Notes: generated from the letters alone by a model not told the origin. Numbered from the whole stretch's first letter, positions 26,563 through 54,856 are shown. The stretch is 63,558 nucleotides of DNA, filler included, from Collodictyon triciliatum (GCA_043381765.1; 5 parts of 5 records of this genome joined end to end with filler, not necessarily neighbours in it); one strand, 5' to 3'. Numbers and translations are program-made.

Positions 26563-28785
26563 TTATTCGTGTTTGGCTCCTGCATGGTCAGCAGAGGATG
26601 AAGCTGCGGCTTCGGCTTGCTTCTGTTTCTGAAGAATCGAGGACGCAGATGACAACTGCGATTGTTTCTTCCACACACGCACCTTGGACTTAATCATCAC
26701 CTATGCAATCGATCAACCCAGTTAGCATAGTTCGATTCGGTGGGGACAGATGAGGTGTTTCTCTATAAATAGACGTAGTATCGCAATAGAAACAAGGAGA
26801 AATTAAGCGCGTTTGTCCCAGGGCAGATGAAGAAGAGGAGAGGAGAGAAGAGAAGAGAAGAGAAGAGAAGAGAAGAGAAGAGAAGAGAAGAGAAGAGAAG
26901 AGAAGAGAAGAGAAGAGAAGAGAAGAGAAGAGAAGAGAAGAGAAGAGAATTTACCATGCGATACACCTGTGTGGACAAATCAGTAATAGCAGAGTTGATT
27001 TCATCCTCGGAGGCATTGACAATATCGTGGACGTCTTGAGACATCGGCTCGGCTCCGTTGTTTGTAAGGAACGGGTGTTTCTATACAACATAGTCAGCAA
27101 AATATAGGAGGTTTCAATAACAGATATTGCTGCTTTATTCAATATAGAATGATAGAATATATGACTCGGAAGGTAAATACTCGAAAGGAGAGAAAAAGAA
27201 CGTCCGCTTTATCAGAATCAACTGAACACATCGTGTCTGTAGTATAAAATAAGAGACTATTCTTTCAAAGACTGAAACCTTCATCTCGGCGATGGTAATG
27301 CGAGTGTCGGGATTCTTGTCTAGCATACGATTGAGAAGATCTTTGAGGGTTTCTGGGATAGGACCAGGGAAGGTAACTGCGTCGTTCTTGATGGATTCCA
27401 TCAGCGATATCTGAGTGGCGCCTGTGAACGGTAGCTTAGCAAAAACAAAGCAAAAGAACGTCACGCCGAGAGCCCACACATCGACAGGCGGGCCGCGGTA
27501 TTCTCCACCGGCACAGATTTCGGGAGAGTAGAATAGAGGTGTTCCAGCGGTTTTTCGAATTAGCTGGTCACCGTCACTGTGCATCTGCGACACTCCAAAG
27601 TCTCCGAATTTGATAATTCCACCAGAAACCATGATATTTTCTGGCTTGATGTCACGATGGATGACTCCCTGTTGATGCACTATGAGGGGGACGGGGTGGA
27701 GAGCAGGCAAGAATCAGTCACATCTCATCATCATAAAAAATTAATACATTTGGGCCGAAACATGAAAGGTTTAGAGGACTTGATAATCGTCCAAAAAAAG
27801 AAAAGGGGAATTAACAAAATATGAGCTCGAATTTAGCCAGTTCGATTCAAATATTGATACATTCAGACTCACAGTATTCTAGACCAAGCACAGACTGACG
27901 CGCATATTTGTAGGTGGTTTCCATCGGCAGTGGCGTCAAATCCTCCTTTGTGATGTCCATTGTGATTCCATCTGTGGCGTACTCAAAAACTATCATAGAA
28001 TATGATACGAAAAAGGTTTTTTAAAAAAGGGAACCATGTCGGATAGGTGATATTGAATTATTATTTCAGCCTTTTCTCTTGCTTTCAGTAACCGAATAAA
28101 TCAATAATGACCCCAATAGTTCAATATTACTTGTGGGGTCGAGTAGATTCACCAAACTCTCATTTGAATTAAGTGCTTAGTAAGAAAAAAAAATGCGGTG
28201 AGGGTGGCAAAATCATGAACGTACTCATGTAGAGCTTGTCCTCGTTGGGGTCGTCCATGACTTCAAAAAGGCGGATGGCGTTTGGATGGCTCAGTTTCTT
28301 CTGGATGGCGATTTCCCGCAGAATGTTCTGCATGGGATCGTCCTTTGCGAAACGAGAGCGCTTTTTGAGGACTGATTTGTTGCAGATCTTCATTGCGTAG
28401 TAAGCACCCGTGCTTGCATGGCGGCAGCGTTTGACTTTGCCGTATGCGCCTTTGCCAAGTGTTGCTTCCACAATGTACTCGTTCACCTTCTTCTCTCCAG
28501 ACTCGGAGTTTGTTTTGCTGATCTTGTTGGTCTCATGGAATTCTTCCGCTTCATTTGTTCACATATATAGGAAGGAAGATAGTGCGTATTCATATGTTTA
28601 ATGCCACTGTTGAGAACATAACCCTCTGGGCAAGTCAGAAACTAAACGCGGTGTCCTGTGTGATTCGTATGTCAAGGTATTCCAAAATAGTCCCGAATAA
28701 GCCAAAGAAGAAAAAAGAAAGAAAAGAAAGAAAGAAAAGAAAGAAAAGAGAAAGAAGAGAAAGAAAAGAAATTGCTACCTGACAT
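26563..28785 (-). CDS. CaMKK-family (CAMKK/GRIK/Sak1-like) Ser/Thr kinase
   Basis: [124 protein letters not shown]; tail [17 protein letters not shown] resembles the CaMKK autoinhibitory/CaM-binding segment. Start codon inferred from a 7-nt first coding exon. Confidence 0.85.
26846..26948. repeat. (AGAAG)n intronic microsatellite
   Basis: Read directly. Confidence 0.95.
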
Positions 28786-29521
28786 TTTACAGTGCTGAGT
28801 CGCTCGAGTTTGACTTTGCGGATGCAGACGCTTGAAGAGATCCCTGCCTTTCTCTTCTGCCTGAGGAGCAGCAGCAGTCAAGTCAGTGGAAGGAAGCAAT
28901 TGTGGAGACCCAGGCAGCAGTTTGCCGATTTTTTTTCGATTGGACAGGTTTATTCGGTTGAGTTTGGCCTTTTCGCTTGGTTTGCGATTCATTGTTTGCC
29001 GCACACACATATCCACTTGCGTTTGGTTTGGGGCGGTTTGGTTCGCATTCAATGAATGATTGCCCCAAATGCAATATCAAGAGATTCGACAACAAAAATG
29101 TAATTGTGGAACATATATTCTCAGGGAATAGTTTTCGGCTTTGGTAAATCGGAGCGGTGATTTCCACTCTGATCGGGGCTGTGGCACAGACGGGCGTGCA
29201 GGTTTTCTGGGTGCGCAAGGGTTGATTTATTGGGGCTTCAATAAAATTAAGTGAAAAAATGAGAAAGAAAAAAAAACAGTCGTTCCTTATTTATTCCAAA
29301 AACATAGGAATAAATCTGTCGGACTCTATTTTCATTCCATCCGTCAGTAATGTCCAGGTTTTTTTTTTTTTTTATTAGTCTAAGGCTTCACATATATTTG
29401 CGCTGTGATTGATGAGACTCAAGGAGAGAAACAGAGGATGAAAAAAAAGAATGAAAAAAAGAGAAAAAGAATTCATATCGATGCATACAAAAAAAAAAAA
29501 ATATGGTTCTGTTGGATGCAA

Positions 29522-32500
29522 TTAGGACGATGACGACCCGCCAAAGTATCGGTATAGAACCCCGCCAAAAACTGTGCCCAATACGCAGGATACCTGTGTT
29601 TGCCATCCTGCCATGGACATTGTGAACATGCAAAGCAGGATAGGTGGGACACTCATAATCTGAAGAAAGGAGGAGATGAGGATATTTGTTTATTTAGTTT
29701 CTTTTTTCTTTTTTTATTAAAACAAACATACGGAGAATTATCAAACTTTTTTTCGTTTTGCTATCGTAAATGAAAAAATTTTGCGAAAAAATCCAATCGA
29801 AATCTACAGAATGTAAAGATTGAGTATGAAAACTGTGTACCCAGGCGCCCGTGTTTCCTCCAGGAACGCAAAATGGTCGATGCATGTTGGGTTCAGAGTA
29901 CTTGAGGTAAAGAAAAGCAATAAACTCTAATGCAATGGTCCCAGCGTACAGGAACATGTCCACTTCAACGATTGCCTGGTTTATTTTTAAAAATAATAAT
30001 AATAAAGATTTCAGACAAAGGAGGTACATGTAGGAATTGGTAAGTAATTGACAATAACATAATAAATTGTCGATAGGAAATTATCAAAGAGTGGCGACTC
30101 GAGTTCTAACTTTCCTTTAAAATCTGAACACTTTTAGCAAATCATAAATACGGGAGTTTTCCTTTAACATTCAGCAGATGCAATTTTTCCGTTCCAAAAA
30201 AAAAACTGTAATTACACAAATGTAAAAATCAATAGTAATTCTCGCCTCAAAGTCCAAGATGGAGGCAACGAATAAGATAAGCACGGCATTTGACACAATT
30301 GCCACATGTGGGGTGTCTATTGAAAGGAAATGGCTCAGAAGAAATCCACTTGCAACGGTAAATATATAAGATTGCCATACTGTGTCATAATTTTTCTAAT
30401 TTTGTTCGATTTTTTTTTGTAATAAGGGCTGAAACACATGCGAGTCTGCACAAAGTGGAATGAAATATACCATATTTTGGATGTAAGTCTTGCAAAAAGC
30501 TGGGAACCATCCCTAACTCTGCCATTCCATGGATTGCTCTGGCGGATGTTGCCAAAACAACATTAAACATGCCCAGGGAACTCAATGCTGCGGATATAGT
30601 AATCCAGTAACCAAGCCATGGACCGATACTCTGCGTGGTCCATAATAAAATGGAAAGATAGGTTTATTAATATGTTTTCCAGGAAGAAAATAGTATAAAT
30701 TCCTTACGGTTGACCCATGTTTGTAACAACAAGATACAATAAATTATTCCGTAATGTTAAAACAGTATTTGCAAGAGAAAATTTCCATCGTACCGTGTCA
30801 GCAATCTCGGAGAAATAACCATCATACCAGGATGAGAAACTCTGTACAAAAAAGTGTAAAATGAGACATTAATGATAATTTAAAGAGTAGAAAAGAGGTA
30901 TGGTTCTTATATTTTTCTATGAATTTTTTTTGTCAACCGACAGGTTAGATTCAATAAAGTAAGCATAAATATATACCCCAGTTTCCAGTCCAACAGACAC
31001 AGATAATGGAATCAAATAACTGATAATCATCATGAATAATGCGATTAGCATAGCCAACGGGTATGTTCTTTTTGGATTATCTACTTCGCCCGCAACACAA
31101 CCCATCGTGTTCCATCCGCTCGTATTCCACATAATGATAGAAATAAACAAAGACCACTCCGGATGGGGTACAGTCTATGGAATGTACGTTGTGAGTTTTG
31201 GGCGCGCATGTTTAAGGTCAAATCATGTAAGCGGTGCACATACAATAGCAACCTCTAGGAAAAGGAAAAGGAAAAGGAAAAGGAAAAGGAAAAGGAAAAG
31301 GAAAAGTTATTGGTATAAAATACGATGTTTGCTTCTACTTGAAAAATTATGTAACTGTTTTTGAAGATAATAAATTAATGAACATAAGACTAACAGCTTC
31401 CCATTGCCCAGGGTCTATCTCCGGAAGTCCAATAATAAAAAATACAAGGAAAGGAAGAAGGACGAGAACAGTGAAGACAATTGAGACAACACCAACAACA
31501 TCCAGTCCTCTAATATTTACTAAAGTGATGAACCCAACGACGGCCAATTGTATCAAAAACTTGCTAGGTACCCATAAACCAATACAAAAAAAAATATTCA
31601 AAATCAGTGAAAAATTTTGGCTAAAAAGGAAATAAATGGAACCGCTTAATGCGATGTAAATCATATTATTTTGCATTAATTTAGTTATGAATAAACTCAT
31701 AAAAATAACAAAACAAAAAATTACGTTGGTGTTTCAATATCACCCCAAAAGAATTGAATGTAATCGACGAACAATGTGGGGTACAAGGAAGAGTCAATAA
31801 TATTGCAGAATAAACTTATGAATCCATTAATAAAACCAAGCGTGTCACCAAAGGCTCGTTGCACCCAGAGGATATAACTAAAATGAATATATTGTTGATT
31901 CGTATTGTGGAAAAGAATATGGTTGACTTGATAATCGTGCTCCTTTTCTATATCCAAATCAATCTACCCAATCTTCTAGATGCTACCTTAAAGCAAAATA
32001 AACGCACAAATGGCATATTTATTACCCATAAATCCATACGCACTTTCCCGATTATTCGATTGAAAGGCATATCGACATGAGCATAAACACAAGATGACTA
32101 TTCAAATACAATATCAAGGCCAAACCCCATGTTGTGCGGCATGGCCGTGGAAAGCTCCGCAGTCATAAGGGCCATGCTAAGCGACCACACAAACGGCAGA
32201 ATCAGGATGGCTGTGAAGGAATAGAGCGGCCCGCCGGCCTGAACGGCACCTTCCACTCCGTACGGCCCACCACAAGCGCCCAGGAAAGCAAAGGCCGCCA
32301 ACTGCATCACGCCGGTATTTCTTGTGTGGACTTTCGTTTCGATCGAATCCCCCTCGGACAGCGTCGGCACTGCATGGTCGCCCGAGACCAGAAGGCTGCT
32401 TGAGAAGTCGCTGTCATTGTGGGCCAACGCCGCTTGAATCTGCGCCCGTCCCAAAGCGTCTGGCGTTGGCGAAAACAGAAGCGGATCGCTCGGCCGATCT

Positions 32501-32730
32501 CCACACTCGCCTGTCTCTGCTTCTGCCTCGGACTCTGCGTGGCGGGTTCGCGAAGACGTCTCTGAGCGGAAAACACGCAGAGGGATCCCGGACGCCTGTG
32601 CGCTGCCGTCTTCAGCATCGCTCGGCGCTGGGTTGTACAGGAAGGAAAACGACGATGAGCTGGCCAGAGACGAAGTCCAGTCGTCGCTGGTGATCCGATC
32701 AAAGACCGACGACAAAGTCCGCAGACTCAT
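29522..32730 (-). CDS. APC-superfamily amino acid/polyamine transporter (plant PUT/LAT/RMV1-like)
   Basis: ACGGPYGVEGAVQAGGP..ALMTAELSTAMP.N.GYILWVQRAFG; WNTSGWNTMGCVAGEVDNPKRTYP; GMAELGMVPSF..HPKY.TP; LEFIAFLYLKYSEPNMHRPF.VP; GT-AG introns. Confidence 0.9.
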
Positions 32731-33864
32731 GCTCTGGATTTACGTGTTGTGTGAGTGTGTTTGTGTCTGCTGTTCTATGGGTTTTGTGATGTGCGGGCGT
32801 TGCTTTTTTTTTTTTTTACTTACTTTCAGTTTATTTACATATAATAATTCTTATTTATTTTTCTTCTACTCTGCCAGGTGTTTGTGTTGAAGAAGGTCGT
32901 GCTGTGGGGCTCAGAGGTGGGTTGGTTTGTGGAGTGGGGCAATGAAGTGGACTCGACACAAGAAAAAGCGAAAGAGATTTTATAAAAAGAAGTTTTACTA
33001 TTGTGATCGAACTCATTTGAATTTGGCAGGGTTTGCTGATTTCTGGTTGGGGCGACACGCATGAGATATACAGATAGTGCAAGCGCCAGCATCAAGAGAT
33101 TCGACATTCAGGATGCAAAGCTTTTCTGCCACGCGGATTTTGTTGACTTTATTGAAAAAGAAACTTCATATTTATAGAGGTAAATAACAACAGAGGGAGG
33201 ATATAAGGTGAAGGTAGTTTAGGTGTGGTGTATTTTTGAGTTGGTTGTGACGCTGTGGTTTATACAGGTTTCTAAAAATCAATACGTCGAAGATTGGTCA
33301 ACTTAGATTCTTAGAACTGTAAACCGGATGACAGATATTCTGGCCCTTAACGCCGTTGAATCGGGTTGGTTGCTGATCACATTAACCTTTTCTTTCTCCC
33401 TCTTTTTGCGCGTTACTAAAGGCTACAGCTTGTATATATCTTGCATGTAAGGAGTAGCCTATTCCTCAACGCCCCGTGATATAATGTCATTTTTTTTACG
33501 CCAATCTAAATACAAGCCCCTATAGGCAAGTAAATCCCTTTTCAATCGGTTATAGTGTTTACGATACTTGTGTCTCATATAAAGGCTGTACTTCGCGATG
33601 TTGCAACAGCGTCTATATGCTTTTTTCTTTTTTCTTTGGGAATTAGTAAGCAGTGATGTTTGCTCAAGTGACCTTGCAACATTTTTATTTATTTTATTTT
33701 TAAAAGATTGGACTCTTCGGATCGACATATCTATTGGAAACTCAACAATGAAGATTAGCGAGCAAACATTCCATTTTAGCATTTACAGAAAACCAGAACG
33801 ATTCATTCAATTTTTCTCATTTTTTCTGCTAGAGCAGTGCGATGTATTTGCGTGATTTCAACGA

Positions 33865-33960
<96 letters not shown>
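33865..33960. repeat. (TTA)n microsatellite
   Basis: Read directly. Confidence 0.95.
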
Positions 33961-34594
33961 TGCCCAGCTTCATAAATGGTGTTTTGACTGCTTGCTAGGC
34001 CACCGAATCGGCACGACTCTAGCGAATCACCCATTATTCGGGGCTCTGATGCCAATTGGGTTGACACATGATAATGATTTCCCCAGTATCTATTATGTGG
34101 TTCATCGGCAATCTTGGCTCTTGCTTATTTGCAGGGACAATATTGCAAGACCTCATCCCTTTTGACAAACGTGGGACTCCTCGTGCTGCTTTGTTTTTAT
34201 TTTTATTTTTATTTTGTTTTTGTTTTTGTTTTTGTTTTTGTTTTTATTTTATTTTTGTTTTTGTTTTTGTTTTTGTTTTTGTTTTTGTTTTTGTTTTTGT
34301 TTTTGTTTTTGTTTTTGTTTTTATTTTTTATTTTTGTTTTTGTTTTTGTTTTTATTATTGTTATATTTTGGTTTTTTTGTTTGCTTATTTTCCTTTTGAT
34401 ATCACATCACAATAGTTTGTGAAAAAAATTATCAATTAAAAAAGGAAACAAGCAAAAAGCCGTCGTGATGTAAGGAGGTTTCATAAAGGGAGAAGAGCAT
34501 TTATATTCTAGGGTGCGATTTGATTGAACCCATCAAACCAGTTCGATTTGGTTTTTGCTGTTTAGGGTTTTCTGTCCCTGCAAGCTCTTCAAAG

Positions 34595-48953
<14,359 letters not shown>

Positions 48954-49397
48954 TTACTTTTTTTTTCTTTCTTTCTTATTTCTTTTGATGCTGCCTTTTT
49001 CTCTCTTTCTCTCGCAATCGCGCATCCAAAAGGGAATCAAAGTCAGAACCCAAACAAAGTCCAAGGAGATCGACTCACAAACTCTCCGTCGATAATTACA
49101 CATAGCCATAAACACACAAATAGCGAGAGATAAAAGAGAAGAAAGGAAGTATTTCAAACTGAGAAGCGTGAGATGAGTCAACTTCAGAGATTTGTAGTAA
49201 TAATTTTTTTTTAATTCTTGAAAAGCTGCTGCATCTTGAGCTTAATTAAGAGAATAACCAAAGAGAACTAAATAAATTCGGACGCGTGCTTCTGTATTCG
49301 TGGTAATAATAATAATACTTATTACTATCACCGTTCATTCTCGTTCTCTTTTTCTCTTAAAGTTAGACCCTCATATCATCTCTACCCCGTCCCAACT

Positions 49398-51913
49398 TTA
49401 CCAATCGCCATCGCTTTCTTCTGAGCCCTCTGAAGCATCTTCGAGCATGTGATTGCGTCTTTCGATTAAAGCCTGGATTTATGCGTGTAAGTGGTGGAAG
49501 AGTCAGAGCCAGCAGAGAAATTGGGTGAATAGTATCAAATAACTAAGGCTTCTATTATAATTTTTTTGAAAAATAAACAAATAAAATAGAATCTTGTCGT
49601 GTTATTTACTATATATTTTATAGTTAATAACACGATAATGCTGAAAAAACTGATGTAAATAAATGAAAATCAATGTAGAAGAAGGGATTTGGGCTTATAA
49701 AATGAAGATAATAGTATAGAAAATGCTGTGTCTGTTAGTAGAAGTTGAACTACCTTGGCAATGATCGACAAAGCCTTTTTGTCCTCCAGTAAAGCACCCG
49801 CAGCCTTTTTGTTTCTCTCATCATCCGTCTAACACAAAAAAAAATGTTGGTTCGGCTCAACGTCAGATGAACCCCTCCTTTTTTTTTTTTTTTTAATATT
49901 CGGTTTATATATCATCTTATTAATTGGACATACGTGAAATGAAATCATATAAAACGTACGACATGACGAAGCTTTCTCTCACCGCGAATTGCGGCTAACA
50001 GCATATCACGTGTGCCTTTGAATTAGATTTCAAAGAAAAACAAGCAAATATAAAATAGTTGTGTTAATAATAAAGTAGATTTAACGATGAACAAAAAAAA
50101 AGTTAAGGTAGAAAAAAAAAGGCAAATTAAAGGCAAAGTCACTGGAAGAAGATTCTGTTGTCGAGTCGAGCAAGCTTGAAGTCGAATCAATAGTATCGCC
50201 CAATTGCGATGTTGAAGACGATGCAGATAACTTTGTGACCAACGGGGCGGTGGGACGAAAAATTGGTGGTGGGGGCGGTGGGGGCGGTGGGGGCGATGGC
50301 AATGATGGAAATGATGGTACTGATAAAACAGTAGCAAATGTGTCTGTGTTGTCCGCGGGCGAACTGATGGATTCGTTGATGGTTTGCATCCCATTCATCG
50401 ACAATCCAAGTGGTACAGACTCAAACACATGTGCTGTTGAGGATGCATGTCGAAGAGCTTCTTTGACTTTGGCCAATTCAGCTTTGGATAAGTCGGCTTC
50501 CCGCAGGGCTCTTGCATAATCGTTTCGTGCCAATTGAAGAGCTTCAAGCGATTCCCGAAGACGGGCATCAGTTCCTTCGCTATGGTGTGTCGGTGGGATA
50601 GTTGCAAAGGTGTATTTAGGGCTTTGTTCACACCAACGGATTTTTTAACGTGGAAAAAAGAAATATTGAAGACTGCATACCCTCAAACGCATTTTTATAA
50701 TAAAACAAAACAATATAATGTAAAATAGAAGTAAATAAATGGAAAATAAATCATCGTCACTTGATTATGAAATAATAAAATCAAGGAAAATTAGAATATC
50801 ATTTCAGAACCGTCGCTGAAGTTCTCCTTTCAGAGTTGCAACTTCCTTTTGTAAATCATGAACTGCAATATTTTGTCCCTTTTCATGTTCCATGGATTGT
50901 TGTTTTACGTGGGACAATTGTTTGGTTAATTCTGAGATTGATTGATTGGCCAACGATAGCTTCTCTTCGAGCATACTGCAGTTTTGATTAGCGTCACCAA
51001 GCCTCTAAATATTTATAGGCATAATAACACATATTGGCTAAATGAGCGTCTTATATTGAGAGGAAAAAATGTGATGGAAAAAAGAGCGAAATGTTCAAAA
51101 AAATATCAAAAAAATTCAACAAACTTTTTTAAGGTCGGATATTTCAATCTCGTTCTTTTGTTGAATTTGCTGATTAGAGGAAGCTGTATGTTCGAAAAGC
51201 TGGAGAGTAATATTTAATTAGCAATTACTGTTTTCTTGTTCAATATTTTTCTTATTCTAGAATCGTATAAAATTCTGGCTAATAGTCACAGCTATATGGC
51301 ATTACTTTTTTTTTTAAAAAAAAAAAACCAGGAAAATCGATGATAAGAATATTATAATAACTGTTTAGATAAATATTCCATCACAAACTTCTTTAAGGGA
51401 GCGCTTTTCATCCTCTGATTGCCGTAAAGATGCTTCAAGTTTCTGGCTCTTTGATTCAAGTGCTGATTTTGCATGGCTTTCAGTTTCAAGTAATTGTTGC
51501 ATTCTTTGTTTTTCTTTCTCAAAATCCAATTTGAGAGACTACATGTCAAGAAAACAAAAGAGAATGGCGGGATATGAGAACAAATGCATGTGAAGTTCTT
51601 TTCTCTAATCATGGGTATGCTATAGTGGATAAATGTGTTATAAATAATGCGATCATAATATAAATATATATATATCGATATCAAAATTACTTCAACACCA
51701 CTACCGAGTGTCACACTTTCAGCTTTGCGAGCCTTATCTTCAGCACGAAGCTCAGACAATTGTGTTTCCAGTATGAAAATGCGATTTTCAAGGTCAACTT
51801 TTGCAGCAGATGCTTGGTCTATGTGTTGATTTGCCGCATCCAGTTGAGATGATAGATTAGCTGTACGTTGTTCTGAGAGCTGGAGCTGCTTTGTAAAATT
51901 TTCTTGCATCTGT

Positions 51914-51992
<79 letters not shown>

Positions 51993-52012
51993 AAACAACA
52001 ACNNNNNNNNNN

Positions 52013-52100
<88 letters not shown>

Positions 52101-53997
52101 GCAAAGTATTAATAGAAAGTAGTACATATGGTAGTAATGACGATAACTTTAAGGGCATATTTGGCCTACCTGTTTAATTTTTGAGTTAAAAGATTCCTCA
52201 GCATCAGCAAACTGTCTCTGTGATTGCGATGCTGTTGTTGATGCATTTGCCAATTTATTTCTGGCTTCTACATCAGACTTTTGTGATACTTTCAGCTGTG
52301 CATCCAACTCATCAACTCTGGCATTTGATGCTGCAACGAGTTTCTCTGTTTCTTGCAGTTTTTTCTTCAATGCAGATATTTCACTCTGTAGTCTGTCCTC
52401 TAAGCTTTTGGCTTTTTCCTTTTCATTCTGTAAATGAGCTTTGAATATTTTTTCCATTTCTGCGATGCGGGACGTTTCTGTCAAAGGGCTACCCGCGAGT
52501 GCAGAGGAATGTGTTGTTGTAACAGGAGAAAGCGGAGCCGTGCTGATTCTTCTGGGTTTTGTGCCGACAGGAACAGGGGGTGGAGTCGACGCGGAAGACG
52601 ATGCCGGCTGAGGCAATGGTCCAGTATTGGTTGTAGGATCTATGGCTTTTATATTGTGTACAGATGCAAACTGTTGCGCTTTTGATAAAGGAGCCATATT
52701 TTGGGTTGTATCTAGAGGCTTAGCAGTCTCAAGGGGTGGTGCCTTTCCAGTTGTCGATGGATGCGTGGAAATAGCCTCTTTCTTAGGAAGACGATTGCTC
52801 TTTCCTCGCTCTCTGCGGGTTGACACCCTGTGGTATTTTTCAGGAATCGGTTTGCCTAAGAACGCGCACATAAGCAGCTCTCGCTCATCCTCACGGACAC
52901 CCCCAGAAACCCCAAGTTCTGCCAGACACTCATCGATCTTTCTCATCAAACTGGAAAAGTCACTTGGCATCCCTTTGTCCTGCAGGGGAATGTAAGTTGG
53001 GCGAATATATATTAAGAGAGAATGCTGAGAGAATATATAAAACCAGAATGAAAGATACAGCGCATTTCAATATTCAGATATCAGAGTTTTTCAGTGACTT
53101 ACGGATTGCTGATCGTATCGGTAATTGAATGAACCATCTTTATCCCAACCCATATGTCCAGTATGTTTCACATCCACAGGCCCAGATATTTCAATTTCGT
53201 CAGTTTCCTTCAGAAATTAATCCAATCTTCTTAATTATTGAAACCAGTATTATGTCATCTAGAATGCTATCTTTTTTACAAAATGACAATCAGGACAGGA
53301 AAACAAATACAAAAAAAAAAAGTACCTTTTCAGGAGAAAGAAATCCGGGGAAGAACGAATTGACAAACCCTTTGAAAATCCTAGAATTTGAAATAGGCAC
53401 AATTAAAGGGAACCCATCTTCAAAGGTTCACAATGATTGATTAAATAAAATAAAACCACAAAAAATCACAGTAATGCTGCCATTACGAATCAGTGGCTGC
53501 TGGTGTTGGAGGTTGTGATACAGTTGTGTTTAACTTTCCTTCGCTGTTGTTTTTTAAATAAAAAAAACGGAAATTAAATTATTAGCATTAACCCACAGAT
53601 AGAGAAACACCTATCAATTATAATTTCATCTATTTTTTTTTTAATAGAAAACCCGCCTATATTTGGAATCATTAAAAAAAACTACCTTTTGGGGGTTTGG
53701 CTTCTGTACCACGTAAAGAGAGATTAAACAAAACAAAAAAAAATCATTAAGTGTATAATTTGAATTAAATGATTACAGAATTTATGAATTTTTTTTTTAT
53801 TCTTCCTTTCAACTTTTGTGCAGGACCGAGGGGGGAAATACAGAATTTATGAATTTATATTCTTACAATAAATTATCCACAGACGGGCCTATTTTGGTAG
53901 ATTGATATTTAGTATTTCTTTGTTGTTGTTGCTGCGGTGGAACTTGGGTGGTGTTCAAGCTAGCTTTTCTTTGCTGTTGTTGCTGTTGCTGCTGTTC

Positions 53998-54092
<95 letters not shown>

Positions 54093-54690
54093 GATGTTGA
54101 TGTTGATGTTGATGTTGATGTTGATGTTGATGTTGATGTTGATGTTGATGTTGATGATGCGATGACACTTGTGAGGTATTCATGCGAGTATTTCTTTGAT
54201 GTTGTTGCTGCTGCTGACTGCTGGCGCTGGGCTGCTGTGCATGCACGGTGCTCAAGGAAGACTTTGCTGCGTGCTGGGCTGCTTGTGAGCTCGCTGGCGT
54301 GGGTTTGGCAACCGCCTGGGTGGGCTTTGGTACAGTTGCATGAACGGGACTTTTCTGACCGGTCGCTGTGGACACCGAAGAGCTGGGCGGTCCAACGCGG
54401 GGAGAGGAACACGCTTGCTGGGGCACGTCTTTGCTCTGTGGAGGCGACGAAGCAGGCGCTTTTGTGAGGCTCGGGACTTGGCTTGGGATTTCATTTGCAG
54501 ACGAGTATTGGGGGACCGGCGCTTCGTGGTTGTGAAGACATTCGGAACACTTTGTTGGGTTGAACGGGCTGCAAGAGAGGGTCGAGTTTACTCATATGAG
54601 TTGTATGTATGCCTGCGTGTATGTGTGCATGTGTATTTGAGAAAGGGACTTCGGAATCAAGTTGGCGCAGTTGCAGGTGCGACACTTCAT
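49398..54690 (-). CDS. WASP-family Arp2/3 nucleation-promoting factor lacking WH1: Cys/His motif, HQ/polyQ, CRIB/GBD, long coiled coil, polyproline, WH2-C-A
   Basis: CRIB exon 53103-53207 EISGPVDVKHTGHMGWD; P10 tract near 50265-50294; WH2 exon 49960-50015 TRDMLLAAIRGERKLRHV; C-A LSIIAK|ALIERRNHMLEDASEGSEESDGDW*; phases consistent at the junctions checked. Confidence 0.88.
53792..53838 (-). mobile_element. Short poly(A) retro-insertion, family A, intronic
   Basis: Minus strand ...tcctgcacaaaagttgaaaggaagaat-A(n) between perfect 18-bp direct repeats tacagaatttatgaattt (53774-53791, 53839-53856). Confidence 0.8.
53975..54158 (-). repeat. Coding (CAA)n and (CATCAA)n repeats: polyQ and (HQ)n
   Basis: In frame in ORF 53863-54426. 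Confidence 0.9.
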
Positions 54691-54762
54691 CGGTAGCTTT
54701 GGCTTGATCGCTCCCAGCGAGAGGTGAATAGACTCTATTTGTAATGGTATTGTCTGAATGAA

Positions 54763-54856
<94 letters not shown>

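Noticed and set aside
26725-26745. GTTCGATTC T-loop-like motifs (also 12862, 27840) as tRNAs
   Set aside because: No cloverleaf stems or A box found
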